Of a stretch of 64,000 bases of DNA, positions 1 through 10,302 are shown piece by piece. Source of the DNA: Fimbriimonadia bacterium (GTDB taxonomy: Bacteria; Armatimonadota; Fimbriimonadia; Fimbriimonadales; JABRVX01). The DNA lies in assembly GCA_041483895.1 (NCBI GenBank), contig JBGPGO010000004.1:128001-192000 (forward strand), in the 5' to 3' direction. Positions within the stretch are counted from its first letter, which is position 1. Each line of letters opens with the position of its first letter. Both the position numbers and the translations under genes were made by a program. The notes below the pieces were generated by a model. It saw only the letters and a program-made list of their open reading frames with translations, was not told the DNA's origin and did no database searches.

Positions 1-829
1 TCGGCAAACCTTGCGCGGCCGAGATCGTGGTGAGCGCCCTCAGCTTGGCGGTGTCGCTAATCCGCAGCGTGCCTGTGGCCTTCGGCGTAGGATCAACTCT
101 CGGTTGGATGACGGAAGCCGCACCACCGGCGCGAAAGATACTGGGCTGCGCCAAAATCATCTTGGACATAATCTCCGGCCGGAAAATCTTGGGCGGAGGC
201 GGCGCGCCGCCCGCCGGATCGCTGGCGGGGATGGCACCGAGCGCCGTCGGGGTGATATCGACGACATAGGTTTCGCCGGTCAGCTTTGCCAGGAACTTCT
301 TGGCGACCTTGAAGACGCCGGCGGTATCCACTTTATCCTTGGCGTCCTCCTGCACGATCTTGGCCAGCATAAACTTGCTCTTGAATTCCACTCCCATTGG
401 CGCGGAATCGTTCAGGTGGAAGGCCATGTGGACGGTGCCTGCCGCAGTGGTAAGTTTGGGAGCCGCGCCAACCAACGCGATAGGCAGCGCGTTCTTCTTG
501 TCACCCGCGAATTCGGCGATAAGCAGTTTGCCGGACGAGATGTCGGCATCCTTGTAGACGATGTCGACCTCCATCTCGCGATCGGTATCCTTCGTCACCC
601 TCATAGAGACGATTTGGCCCTTGCCTTTGGCCGAAAGACCGGCGGCGAGCGGGCCGAGGTCGGAAAGTTTGAACCCTCCGCCGAGCAGCGCCCCCAAGAG
701 GTCATCCACCTTGCCGATCGCGGTGGCGTTAAATTCCTTATTGAGAATGCCGGAGACGTTGTCCTGCGCCACAACGGCGACCGACAGCGCAAACCCACAA
801 ACGAGTGCCAGACAAAGCTTTTTCATCAT
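1..829 (-). CDS. Secreted hypothetical protein, 3' end outside the window
   Basis: The minus strand reads MMKKLCLALVCGFALSVAVVAQDNVSG (signal-peptide-like), with GGAGGA just upstream. It appears to run off the left edge and is absent from the ORF track. Confidence 0.75.
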   Translation of the reverse strand, partial: MMKKLCLALVCGFALSVAVVAQDNVSGILNKEFNATAIGKVDDLLGALLGGGFKLSDLGPLAAGLSAKGKGQIVSMRVTKDTDREMEVDIVYKDADISSGKLLIAEFAGDKKNALPIALVGAAPKLTTAAGTVHMAFHLNDSAPMGVEFKSKFMLAKIVQEDAKDKVDTAGVFKVAKKFLAKLTGETYVVDITPTALGAIPASDPAGGAPPPPKIFRPEIMSKMILAQPSIFRAGGAASVIQPRVDPTPKATGTLRISDTAKLRALTTISAAQGLP

Positions 830-1197
830 GTCCTCCCAGCGCCGGTACTCCCAGCGCTATACATGTGCCTTCGGGCGCCCCGCGCCCATCGCCACGCCGC
901 AATTCACCTTCAACGGAAGTAAAATCGCCTACACCTTAGGCGAAGAATTGGTCGAACCTGCGATGATCAGCATCGTCTTTTCAGATACTACCTGGTTCTG
1001 ATACGAACTGATCGGCTGAACCGTCACCCTATCCTACCAAATGGTGTCTCATTATGCTAGTACAGGACCAGACCTTAAGGGCTGGGGATTTAGTCTTGGG
1101 ACCGCCTAGGAAGTCTTGGTGCCCTGAACCGCCTGACACCACCTTCCCTCTCTGATAGGAAGCGGTGGCGGATCGAGAGGCTGCAATTCGCGGGGGC

Positions 1198-2052
1198 TCA
1201 CCATTCCAACGCCCACTTCGGCGGCACGACGTTTTCGAACTGGTTTGCATTGAGATCGGCGATCATCGTCGACTCTCCATTCGGAAAATCCGCCCACGCC
1301 CAAAGGCAGCCCTTGTCGCTATAGAGGACGCGCCCGCGCATGTCAACGTCCAGCCAGTGCGATGAATTCCATTTGGTTTCCCACCGAAGGACAGTCTTAC
1401 CGGCCTCGTCAAAGGCTTCCCATTCATCGGAAAGGTACCAATAGATCCTCCGCAATAGGCCCCCAACAAATCGCTTCTCATAGACGGTGCCGGCATACTG
1501 TTCTGTCCGCACTGGAAACTCCCGAAGCTGTTGGGGAAATTCACACCAACCGGAACGAAGAAGCCGGATGCGGAAGATCATTTCATCTTCAGAACCCGGC
1601 AAATTCAATTTGTGCGCAATGACCGGCGATTGGACCGGTTTTTTCTCATTCCATTGATAAGGCATGTTATTGAGATCGACGACGGTATTCGATGCCCAGA
1701 CACCGCCGCCGTTCCAAGCCCCGCCCATAAACCAAAGGGCGAGCGCCGTGAAATAGGGTGGGCGGCTGATCGCGGTCCAACCTTGCTGATCCCACGAGAC
1801 ATGGGTTCTGAGGTCAGGCCCGGCATATCTTGTGTTCCTGTAATTCGTGAAGGCGCCGACCAGGTAGCGTCCGTCTGGACTGACATCGCAACGGCGGGTA
1901 TGGACATGACCCGTGATCCATTGCCCAGGCGTTACCCTATCGGTCGCGAAGTCCCAGATGAGCTGTTGCGTGTGCTTGGATGGACCTCTGCGAAAGATGA
2001 CCGCCAGGCCGGCTTCCCGAGCGATAATGCCGTCAATCCGGGCGTAGGTCAT
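1198..2052 (-). CDS. Conserved hypothetical protein
   Basis: ORF 1198..2202. The likely start is MTYARIDG at 2052, 7 nt after TAGACT. Contains the AVIFRRGPSK and WTAISRPPYFTALALW motifs. Confidence 0.7.
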   Translation of the reverse strand: MTYARIDGIIAREAGLAVIFRRGPSKHTQQLIWDFATDRVTPGQWITGHVHTRRCDVSPDGRYLVGAFTNYRNTRYAGPDLRTHVSWDQQGWTAISRPPYFTALALWFMGGAWNGGGVWASNTVVDLNNMPYQWNEKKPVQSPVIAHKLNLPGSEDEMIFRIRLLRSGWCEFPQQLREFPVRTEQYAGTVYEKRFVGGLLRRIYWYLSDEWEAFDEAGKTVLRWETKWNSSHWLDVDMRGRVLYSDKGCLWAWADFPNGESTMIADLNANQFENVVPPKWALEW

Positions 2053-2075
2053 GAAGGCGAGTCTAGCAGGAACTC

Positions 2076-2093
2076 TGGTACCCCGGACGGATT
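2076..2093 (-). repeat. att direct repeat: copy of the tRNA-Glu 3' end, left island boundary
   Basis: TGGTACCCCGGACGG(-)ATT matches 42253-42271 TGGTACCCCGGACGGGATT: 15 bp exact, then a 1-nt gap. Confidence 0.85.
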
Positions 2094-2253
2094 GCGATCT
2101 CTCGATATTGGTGCTGCTTGATGCCGAACAGCGCTCACCTGCGGCAAAACTTCGTCTGAAACGGTCGTCCGTCGCTGCCCGGACGCAGCCTAACCGGTTC
2201 ATCCTCCAGTGTCGTTGTCACCTGGCCAGGCTAACTATTTCCGAATGCCGCTG

Positions 2254-2345
2254 GGCGGATACTCAAGAATCTTGGGGACGGCATCATGACCGTGTTCGCA
2301 GTGCCCGCCAACGCCCTCAAGGCGGTGGAGGCACTGCGGTTTCTT
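2254..2345 (+). pseudogene. Fragment resembling a class III adenylate/guanylate cyclase
   Basis: Reads GRILKNLGDGIMTVFAVPANALKAVEALR, like the K-x-x-GDG-x-M-x-VF cyclase motif. No complete gene is present. Confidence 0.4.
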
Positions 2346-2392
2346 CTGGCCGAGCCTTGGCGGGGATTCTGGGAGACACTTTATTCCAGGAC

Positions 2393-5300
2393 TCAGTGCC
2401 CCAAACTCGCCGCTGGGATCTCCCCCTTCTCAAACCCCGGACCCGCCCAGAACACCCTCAAAGAGTGTCCTCCGCCAGCCTCGAAGTACCCCACCGTGAT
2501 CGGATGTTTCCCCTTCCTGAGCGCGATGTCGCCATGGACCTCGGAATAGGCGTGTAACCCATCGTTATCCACCACCAGGCTATTTCCGATCCACATTCTG
2601 CTGCCGTCGTCCGAACCGGTCCAGAACCGATACACGCCGTCCTGCGAAATTTCGATCACGCCCCTCAAGCGCATCGAGTAGGTTTCCTCCTTCGGATTCG
2701 CCTCGTCGAGGCCGAACTTGCTAACGGTCATCGTCCGCATCGGCGTCAGCGAGTCGAAGTGCGGGACTTTCTCGAACTTTCCGCCAAACAGTTCGCAGAT
2801 GACACCAGGGACCGAGGGGCGCACGGGCATAGGGACATCGCAAAAGCCCACTTCCAGCTTTGCCACCAGCGGCTCGCTGAACTGCCCATCGGGCCAGAAG
2901 CAAACCGCCTTGACCAAAGTTGTCTTGTTCACCTTGATCGGCGCCACGTACTTCGGCGAGGTTGGTTTGGGCTCCGAGCCGTCCAGCGTAAGGCGAACCA
3001 CGCCCTTACCGCTGGTGTTCAGCAGCCGTATCTGAGTCTCACTCACGAACGCCCGAAAGCCCAAGTCCAGCTTTGGCACGCTGGGATGCGGGAACAGGAA
3101 GTTCCGGTCCACGGCGGGGCTGCGGTCCCTATCCTTCAGCTTCCAGATTTCGACCGCCCGCGCATAGCTGAGGTCTGGCTTTTGGGTCCAATGCCAATTC
3201 AGTGTGATGCGTGATGTGTGAGCAGTGATGGACAACACATTGCCTTTCGCCAAGACCCGCCTGCCATCGACCGTCGCCGAGTCAAGCTTGACGAAGTATG
3301 GAATGTGAAAGAAAAGCGACTTCGGCGCCTGACGCCATTTCGTTGACAGCACGACGTCCGCTCCGTCCTTTCGCGAACGGATGACAAATGACACCGGTCC
3401 GAAGTTCGTCGGCGCATTGGTGAGCCGGATGACCTGGCCCGCGCGCACCCACTGCGGCGAGAGGCACGACGCGAGGTGCAGCGCGTCGCCCTCCTCGCGG
3501 ACCAGCATGTTCCTGACCAATTCGACAGTCCGCGCGGCGAACCACCCGTGCGGCGTGTAGTTGCCGCCCACGTCGCGATCGCCCCAGGGCGCGGTGCCCA
3601 TCTCAAAGCCCGCATGCGTCGCCGATGTGTGCGCCAGGATGCTGTAGAGGTCTTCCAACACCTCCCGCTGCATCCCGCAGGCAAGCTCGGTTTCTGTGGT
3701 GTTGTATATCTCGTAGTGGTGTAGCGTGCCGGGGTCAGCGTCCACGCCCTGCTGCTCGCGCATCCGGAGCACCCAAGCGTTCGTGCCCCAGGTAGAGATG
3801 CCCTCGCGCCATTTGTACTCTCGAACCATCCGCAACGTAGTGGCGACACGCGGGTCGGACTTGTCAATGACTCCAAACGGATAAACGCCGCCGGTCGCAT
3901 TCTCCCAGTCGCGCCCGTCCTCCGGCTTATCAATGCCGGGCGGGATGTAGCCGCCGGTCAAAGCGGTCATCTTGCCAAGCTGCGCCATGAACCGCTTGCG
4001 ATAGGCGTCGTGCCAACTCTGCCAGAGCGCTGCGTCTCGACTGTGTCCCGTGGCATTGGCCAGGTTGATCGCCTCGCGCAGCCCCAGCAGAATCCAAAAG
4101 CTGTGGCTGGTGTAGTGGCCTTCCAAAAGCTCGGCATCATAAGGGCCGAGCTTTGGCCATAGGTTCAGCGGGTCCGAGGCGATCTTCTCCTGGAAATAGT
4201 TCATGTGTGGTGCGAGCACCGGGTATGCGTACTTCGCGAACACCATGTTGCCCGTCGCGCGGAAGTGCGCCCCCACTGCCCAAAGCGACTGGCCCCAATC
4301 GTCCTCTCCGCTGTGCTTGAGCTCTCTTGCCGAGCCGTCCGGGTTGGTCTCGAAGTAGTACTGGACGCTTCCCCGAGCGGCCTCCGGCAGATTCATCAGG
4401 TCGAACATGTGCGTGATGTACGCGCCGTCCCGGAAATAGAACGTATGGTACTGGAACTTGTTGACGGTGGGCATGAAGCTCTTGCCGTCCAACAGCACGT
4501 CGCGCGCGATCAGGTTGTAAGCAACACTGGCTTTGATTGTGTCGGAAACCTTCTCCTCGGGCAGGTCGATCTGCGTCGCTTGGTCGAAAATGCCCGCCCA
4601 GAACGCGGACACCTTGCTGAAGGCCTCCCAGTAGTCTGCACGTGTGACCGCAGCCACCTGGGCCTCGCGCTTCAGGTCGACAGGCACGAATGGCACTTTG
4701 AAGATCATCTCGGTCGTTCGATTGTGCTCAAGGCGCAGGCTGTATTCTACGCCGGGACCGACCCGATAGGACGGCGCGGGATCGCCCGAGTACGTGAACA
4801 CAAGGTGGCCGGCCTTACTGACCATGCCGCCGCTATCGCTGGCTGTGGACGATACGGCCCATCGGCTCTTGTCCATGAACCGGTCGCAATACCACTCGCG
4901 GCAAGGCATCTCCGCGCGGTTCCGCTCGCCCCGGCTCGTGAACTGGGCAACGAGCTTGGTCTCTTTCGGTTCGACGCCGCTGTTCGAAGCCATTACGCGC
5001 ACGTATGCCACCAAGTTCTCGCGCGGATCCAATGCCTTGGGTGCCGCGAAGAACTGAACGTGAAACCCGATGCCGTCCCGCTCGAAGTCGCATTGCGGAA
5101 ACGGGAGTGAACCCTTGTACAGCGTTTTCAGACGCACGTCGACCGGTTTCGGGTCCATGCCGGCCAGGAGCTCGAATTCGCCGAAGCCGTTGTTCAGCGC
5201 GCCGTCGTAGGTGAGTTGGAACCCCTGCGGGCAGTCCTTGAACCCCACCACGTCGCTGGGATAGAGGAGAAAGGTGAACGGTTCGCTGCCCTTTGGAGCC

Positions 5301-5461
5301 TCCGCGTTCTGCTTCTGCGACATTCCGCTCTCCTTCTGTCGAGTTTGGCCAAAATGGCCCGCATCCGCGACGCGGATGCGCAACAAGTCGCTATTGGGCG
5401 CCGTTCCAGGACGGCCGAAACCCGGCCATCCAACGAGGAGGAGACACGCTGCTGAAATCAT
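2393..5461 (-). CDS. Secreted six-hairpin glycosidase-like protein with Fn3-associated and PA14 domains
   Basis: 1022-aa ORF with a signal-like N-terminus, FYFRDGAY, the Fn3-associated motif TLDGSEP and the C-terminal PA14 motif SDDGSRMWIG...DNDGLH. Confidence 0.75.
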   Translation of the reverse strand: MISAACLLLVGWPGFGRPGTAPNSDLLRIRVADAGHFGQTRQKESGMSQKQNAEAPKGSEPFTFLLYPSDVVGFKDCPQGFQLTYDGALNNGFGEFELLAGMDPKPVDVRLKTLYKGSLPFPQCDFERDGIGFHVQFFAAPKALDPRENLVAYVRVMASNSGVEPKETKLVAQFTSRGERNRAEMPCREWYCDRFMDKSRWAVSSTASDSGGMVSKAGHLVFTYSGDPAPSYRVGPGVEYSLRLEHNRTTEMIFKVPFVPVDLKREAQVAAVTRADYWEAFSKVSAFWAGIFDQATQIDLPEEKVSDTIKASVAYNLIARDVLLDGKSFMPTVNKFQYHTFYFRDGAYITHMFDLMNLPEAARGSVQYYFETNPDGSARELKHSGEDDWGQSLWAVGAHFRATGNMVFAKYAYPVLAPHMNYFQEKIASDPLNLWPKLGPYDAELLEGHYTSHSFWILLGLREAINLANATGHSRDAALWQSWHDAYRKRFMAQLGKMTALTGGYIPPGIDKPEDGRDWENATGGVYPFGVIDKSDPRVATTLRMVREYKWREGISTWGTNAWVLRMREQQGVDADPGTLHHYEIYNTTETELACGMQREVLEDLYSILAHTSATHAGFEMGTAPWGDRDVGGNYTPHGWFAARTVELVRNMLVREEGDALHLASCLSPQWVRAGQVIRLTNAPTNFGPVSFVIRSRKDGADVVLSTKWRQAPKSLFFHIPYFVKLDSATVDGRRVLAKGNVLSITAHTSRITLNWHWTQKPDLSYARAVEIWKLKDRDRSPAVDRNFLFPHPSVPKLDLGFRAFVSETQIRLLNTSGKGVVRLTLDGSEPKPTSPKYVAPIKVNKTTLVKAVCFWPDGQFSEPLVAKLEVGFCDVPMPVRPSVPGVICELFGGKFEKVPHFDSLTPMRTMTVSKFGLDEANPKEETYSMRLRGVIEISQDGVYRFWTGSDDGSRMWIGNSLVVDNDGLHAYSEVHGDIALRKGKHPITVGYFEAGGGHSLRVFWAGPGFEKGEIPAASLGH

Positions 5462-5986
5462 CTTGGATACCCTCGGCCTGACATGGCGCGAGCATACTCC
5501 ATATCCTTCCGCGAGGAACTCAACGATGAAAAGCGCCCTGTGTTTGATCTTTATTATCGCCTGTTCGTCGGCAGAGAGAAGAGCGTATGACCCGCCGTTG
5601 GAGCCGACGGCGCTACGTGCCGCGGCCCGATTGGATTCGCCTGAACATTCACTGATGGCGCGAAGTTAGCCGCCTGGCCGCCGCTCGATGAAGAGCAGGA
5701 TGACACCCGCGAGTTTCCGTGGTGGTTCGTTCGACAGAGACCCACACGACGTCGAAGTGGTAATTTTGCCAGGCGAATTGGAGAACCCGTTGAGAACAAG
5801 GGTTCGAACCCCGTCTGGTCTGACGACAATCCTAGGTTCAAAATGGGATGGTACACCGCCCCTCGTAACTCGCGAACTACCCCGGTGAACGTTCATCGCT
5901 TCATCATGTGGGTTACGCTCGCGAGGAACCAGGGCAGAAAAGGCCGGAAGAGCCTCGCCAAACTGTAAAGCTAGCCCCGAGGCGAT

Positions 5987-7162
5987 CTGAAAAATGTCAT
6001 CGGCCACACCCGCTTCATCGCGGATATCGTCGTTGGAGACCGCTTCCGAAAGGATCCAGGCGACATCGAGTCTCTTGCCCAAAGTATCGAGAGATTCGGC
6101 CTCCTGCATCCGATCGTAATTACGCCCGACGGGCGACTGATCGCTGGGGCAAGGCGGATTGCGGCCTGCCTCACGCTCGGCTGGACGAAGGTGCCGGTTC
6201 GCGTTGTCGACATCGGCAGCGTCATCTGCGGGGAGTTTGCCGAGAACGCCTGCCGCAAGGACTTCACGCCCTCGGAACTGGTTGCTATAGGCGAGGCCGT
6301 CGAATTCATCGAGCGTAGGGCCGCGCAGCTTCGACAGGAAAGAACCCAGTTCGGTTCAGGCGGCAGCGAAGAACCGGCACAAACGTGCGACGTCAGTGAA
6401 CTCGACGACGGTGGTGGAAAGTTACCACCACCGTGCAAATCGCGTGATGTCGTCGCCAATCAGCTCGGCATCAGCGGCAAAACCTACGAGAAGGCAAGGG
6501 CCGTCGTTGCCGCCGCGGAGGAAGATCCTTCCCTTGCTCCTCTAGTTATCGAGATGGACCGGACGGGGAAGGTAAACGGCGTTTACAAGAAACTTCGTAC
6601 CACCCAAGCGGCGACAGCGATCCGCTCCGAACCGCCGCCGCTTCCCGATGGGCCGTTCCGGGTCATCGTAGCGGATCCGCCGTGGCAATATGAAAATCGC
6701 CCGGACGATCCCAGCCACCGCAGCGCTCTTCCGTATCCGACCATGACCGAGGTCGAACTCTGCGAGTTACCTGTTGCTGGCTTAGCGGCTGACGATAGCA
6801 TCCTGTGGCTCTGGACGACGAACGCTCACATGCGAGAGGCGTACGCCGTCCTTGACGCATGGGGCTTCAACGCGAAGACGATCCTCACCTGGGTAAAGGA
6901 CCGCTTCGGCACGGGCGACTGGCTTCGAGGTCAAACCGAGCATTGCCTGATGGCGGTAAGGGGAAAGCCGCTCGTCACGCTAAGAGGCCAATCCACCGTG
7001 CTCCATGCGCCATTGCGGGCGCATTCCCAAAAGCCGGACGGGTTCTACGACCTGGTGGAATCTCTTTGTCCTGGATCCAAGTGCGAACTTTTCGCCAGGC
7101 AGAAAAGGCCGGGCTGGATCTCCTGGGGGAACGAGTGCGAACCAGTCGGAGCGTGTTCGTAG
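5987..7162 (+). CDS. ParB N-terminal domain fused to an MT-A70-family adenine methyltransferase
   Basis: The frame is open upstream of 6191 back to a TAG at 5972 and encodes a ParB-like segment (LAQSIERFGLLHPIVIT...LIAGARRIAA). The C-terminus has IVADPPW, LWLWTTN, HSQKP and ELFAR. The only candidate start is CTG at 5987. Confidence 0.8.
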   Translation: MKNVIGHTRFIADIVVGDRFRKDPGDIESLAQSIERFGLLHPIVITPDGRLIAGARRIAACLTLGWTKVPVRVVDIGSVICGEFAENACRKDFTPSELVAIGEAVEFIERRAAQLRQERTQFGSGGSEEPAQTCDVSELDDGGGKLPPPCKSRDVVANQLGISGKTYEKARAVVAAAEEDPSLAPLVIEMDRTGKVNGVYKKLRTTQAATAIRSEPPPLPDGPFRVIVADPPWQYENRPDDPSHRSALPYPTMTEVELCELPVAGLAADDSILWLWTTNAHMREAYAVLDAWGFNAKTILTWVKDRFGTGDWLRGQTEHCLMAVRGKPLVTLRGQSTVLHAPLRAHSQKPDGFYDLVESLCPGSKCELFARQKRPGWISWGNECEPVGACS

Positions 7163-7902
7163 ATGGCGGGGGACCTCTATCAAGTCGTCTGCGAAACGCA
7201 GGACGGTCTCCTCGATGGGGAGGCGACCAAACGCGTCTTCATCGAAAGGCACCCTGCCTTCGGAAAGGACGGCAATGGCTGCTTCGTTGAGGCCACTTTC
7301 CGGCTGGCCGAGGAGATCGATGAGGATGAGGTCCTGGAGTTTCAGTACCTGTTCCGTCTGGCTCGCAGATTGAGGCAGCACACCAATCCTTCCTGCCGGA
7401 CGGCGGATACCGGCTCGTTCTTCGTTCCATTGGCACACCTCTTCGTGGAACTTCTCTGCCATTACGGCAAGATGCAATGCCTGAGCGGCATGGATTGGGA
7501 TGACGAGGAGGAGGTCGCCCTCGAGTTCGAGCACGTGTGGTCGACGGTACGCTTCGCCGAGGGTGAAGATACCCTCATTGAAGCGTTCGTTCGGGGCCGG
7601 AGCGAGCCTCTGCAGTTCTGGTAGAAGGGTCCGGCAGGCTCCTCACCCAGCTCGCGAGCGCCGCATACCATCTCCAGGTGGCGCAAGGGGACAAACCGAT
7701 TCTGCTTCCCATCCATCAGGTCAGCAATGCCATGGGGGTCGCCCCGAAGACCGTTTCCAACCTGATCGCCAAGGCGCTCGCCGCCAACCTGCTCCTTCCC
7801 GTCGATCTGAGCTACAGCCAGGCACAGAAAATCGCCAAACAGTTTCGCTTCAATTTCGAATCCCACCTCTACAAGAAATACAAGCCGGTAAAGGCAAGGT
7901 AG
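7163..7902 (+). pseudogene. Frameshifted hypothetical (possibly Rep-like) gene with a C-terminal HTH-like region
   Basis: ORF 7163..7624 stops, and the adjacent frame continues from about 7621 as VEGSGRLLTQLASAAYHLQVAQGDKPILLP... to 7902. Confidence 0.6.
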
Positions 7903-7931
7903 GGGAAGACATGATTACACATAGATTCTTA

Positions 7932-7998
7932 GAGACTCAGGAGACTCACGGAGGCTTAAGGGCATTTAGTGAGACTCAAGGAGATTCAGGAGAGTCAG
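7932..7998 (+). repeat. Iteron-like GAGACTCA repeats
   Basis: GAGACTCAG, GAGACTCAC, GAGGCTTAA, GAGACTCAA, GAGATTCAG and GAGAGTCAG, mostly at 9-10-bp spacing. Confidence 0.7.
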
Positions 7999-8048
7999 CG
8001 GGATCGCGCGTTCTTCAACTTTTGGAGTCCGACAAAGGAGGTGTGAAT

Positions 8049-9332
8049 TTGATCCTCAACGAGCGATATGAACTGGTGCCGACTGCCAAGCTCACTGAGC
8101 ATCCGGATAATCCCAGGCGTGGTGATGTGGAGGCGATCGGGCAGTCAATTGACGCCAACGGGTTCTTTGGGACTCTGGTGGTCCAGAAATCAACGGGCCA
8201 CGTCTTGGTCGGGAACCACCGGCTGCGAGCCGCCATTGCCAAGGGCATTGAGGAAGTGCCGGTCGTTTACGTCGATGTGGACGATGAGAAAGCGCGGCGA
8301 ATACTGCTGGCTGATAACCGTCTGAGCCACCTTGCGACCAACGATGATGAGGTGCTGGCCGCTCTCCTGAAGGAACTAACGGAGTCGGAAGATGGACTCG
8401 TCGGCACCGGGTACGCGGACGATGACCTTGCGGCGCTTCTGAAACTGTTCGAGGATGAAGGAAACGTGGTGGAGGATCCCGGCCCTCAGATCGACAAGGC
8501 CGATGAGCTGCAGAAGAAGTGGAAGACGAAGCCCGGACAGCTGTGGCTCGTTGGAGCGCACCGCCTTTTGTGTGGTGATTGCACGAACCCATATGACGTG
8601 GCGCGGGTGATGGATGGGAAGAAGGCCGCGCTGTTCGCAACCGATCCGCCTTACCTTGTCAATTACGATGCCCAGAACCACCCGTCGTCCTTAGAGTATC
8701 AGAAGCAGGTGGATGCCGGAACGAAGAAGCCGAAGAACAAGGACTGGTCGTCGAGCTACGGCGGCAGTTGGGATGATGCCGATGCCAACTCAAGCCTGTA
8801 CCACTCCTTCATCAAGTGCGCCGTGGAGATTGCAATCAAACCGAATGCGGCCTGGTACACATGGCACGCACAGCGCCGGCAGGCCATGCTGGAAGCCGTG
8901 TGGAACGAGTTCGGCGCGTTCTGGCATCAGACCATCCACTGGATCAAGAACTGCCCGGTGCTCGGCTACAGCTACTACATGAACGCCTCGGAGTCGTGCG
9001 CTTTCGGCTGGGTCAAAAGCCACGAGCCGCCACGCCTCGCGGGCGACTACCCCAAGAACGTTTGGGAGTTCCCCAACCGTGGGGAAGGTCAAGACGACAT
9101 CGAGCATCCGACGGTCAAGCCGGTCGGTGTGTTCACGATCCCGATGGAGCAGCACACGAAGAAGGGCGACATCTGCTACGAACCGTTCTCAGGTTCCGGC
9201 AGCCAGATCGTAGCGGGTGAGCAGCTTGGCCGCAAGGTGTACGCCATCGAAATCGAGCCCAGGTACGTCGCCGTCGCGTTGGAAAGGCTGTCCGGATGCG
9301 GCCTGACTCCGGGGTTGGAGAAGGCCAAATAG
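8049..9332 (+). CDS. ParB-like domain fused to an N4/N6 DNA methyltransferase
   Basis: RBS AAGGAGGT precedes a TTG at 8049. ParB-like motifs HPDNPRRG...GNHRL...ADNRL; MTase motifs TDPPY, HPTVKPV and EPFSGSGS. Confidence 0.85.
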   Translation: MILNERYELVPTAKLTEHPDNPRRGDVEAIGQSIDANGFFGTLVVQKSTGHVLVGNHRLRAAIAKGIEEVPVVYVDVDDEKARRILLADNRLSHLATNDDEVLAALLKELTESEDGLVGTGYADDDLAALLKLFEDEGNVVEDPGPQIDKADELQKKWKTKPGQLWLVGAHRLLCGDCTNPYDVARVMDGKKAALFATDPPYLVNYDAQNHPSSLEYQKQVDAGTKKPKNKDWSSSYGGSWDDADANSSLYHSFIKCAVEIAIKPNAAWYTWHAQRRQAMLEAVWNEFGAFWHQTIHWIKNCPVLGYSYYMNASESCAFGWVKSHEPPRLAGDYPKNVWEFPNRGEGQDDIEHPTVKPVGVFTIPMEQHTKKGDICYEPFSGSGSQIVAGEQLGRKVYAIEIEPRYVAVALERLSGCGLTPGLEKAK

Positions 9333-9343
9333 GTGAGCGAAGA

Positions 9344-9742
9344 ATGAGCGATTCTGATAAGACGGAATTCAACTTTGAACCGGAATTCGTGATTCTTGTT
9401 GCTTCCGGTCTTAGCATTCGGGCGGCGGCTCGGCAGCTTGGCATACCTGAAGCAACCGCCTACCGCATGTCGCAGGAACCTGAGTTTCGAAAGCTCGTAT
9501 CCGATGCTCGCCATACGATGCTTTCCGAAGGCGTGGGCGCCATGACCGCCGGCATCAAGTCCTCGATAACGAAGCTTCTTGCTCTTACCGCCGACAAGGA
9601 CAAGAAGATCAGTCTGAGCGCCATCCGCACGCATCTGAGCGAGATGACCAGGTTCACCGAACTGCTCGAACTTTCGGAGCGGGTGCAGGCACTCGAAGAG
9701 AGCATGTCCCAAACGCAAGGCCAGGAGCGCTGGGGACTATGA
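9344..9742 (+). CDS. HTH protein resembling a terminase small subunit
   Basis: HTH-like SIRAAARQLGIPEATAYRMSQEPEF, followed by a coiled-coil tail ELSERVQALE. Confidence 0.55.
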   Translation: MSDSDKTEFNFEPEFVILVASGLSIRAAARQLGIPEATAYRMSQEPEFRKLVSDARHTMLSEGVGAMTAGIKSSITKLLALTADKDKKISLSAIRTHLSEMTRFTELLELSERVQALEESMSQTQGQERWGL

Positions 9743-10302
9743 GACAGCGCGTGAAGACGGCCGCCACCATAACCCGCAGGCTCTTCGATCTGGAGGGCCG
9801 GATGCCGTCAAAGGCTGACGAAGAGCCATTGGGACCCGTGTCACCCAATCTCGTGGCGATTGTCGTCGCCACCTTTGCCGACATGGAATGGTACGACGTT
9901 CCAAGCGAAGACGGTCGGCGGCTAGAGCAAGTTATTGTTTCGCCCTATGACGCATGCCTTCGCGCCTGGAGCGGTCCCTACTACCATTCCGATGGAACCA
10001 TATCGAGATCAGGGCTGCCCCAAGAACTTGCAGAGCGGATTACATGGCTCACTCGTTCCATATGGGAAGGGCTGGAAGAAGAGTACAGGAACGCGAATCG
10101 AGCCAGCGTCTGGATCTCCATACCCTTTACCAATCTCCTCGAAGCGGGCCTGACCGGCCTCATCTCGACCCCAAAGATTGAGCCGAGGGACCCAAGAGTG
10201 CGCGAACTTTGTGAAATCCTTCTTAGCCTCTATGACATCGCCTTGGACGTAAAGAAGCCAAAACCATCGCGCATGTCCACCTTTTTGAGGCTCCGAGGTT
10301 GA
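9739..10302 (+). CDS. Hypothetical protein (paralog of 10622..11230)
   Basis: Overlapping-codon operon. Has DPRVRELCEILL versus DPRIRELSALLL in the paralog. Confidence 0.7.
   Translation: MRQRVKTAATITRRLFDLEGRMPSKADEEPLGPVSPNLVAIVVATFADMEWYDVPSEDGRRLEQVIVSPYDACLRAWSGPYYHSDGTISRSGLPQELAERITWLTRSIWEGLEEEYRNANRASVWISIPFTNLLEAGLTGLISTPKIEPRDPRVRELCEILLSLYDIALDVKKPKPSRMSTFLRLRG

Noticed and set aside
11..922. 303-aa plus-strand ORF
   Set aside because: It is the antisense shadow of the minus-strand signal-peptide gene.
7500..8048. N-terminal 180 aa of the 610-aa ORF
   Set aside because: It overlaps another gene and the repeat array. A strong RBS and the ParB similarity begin at about 8049.
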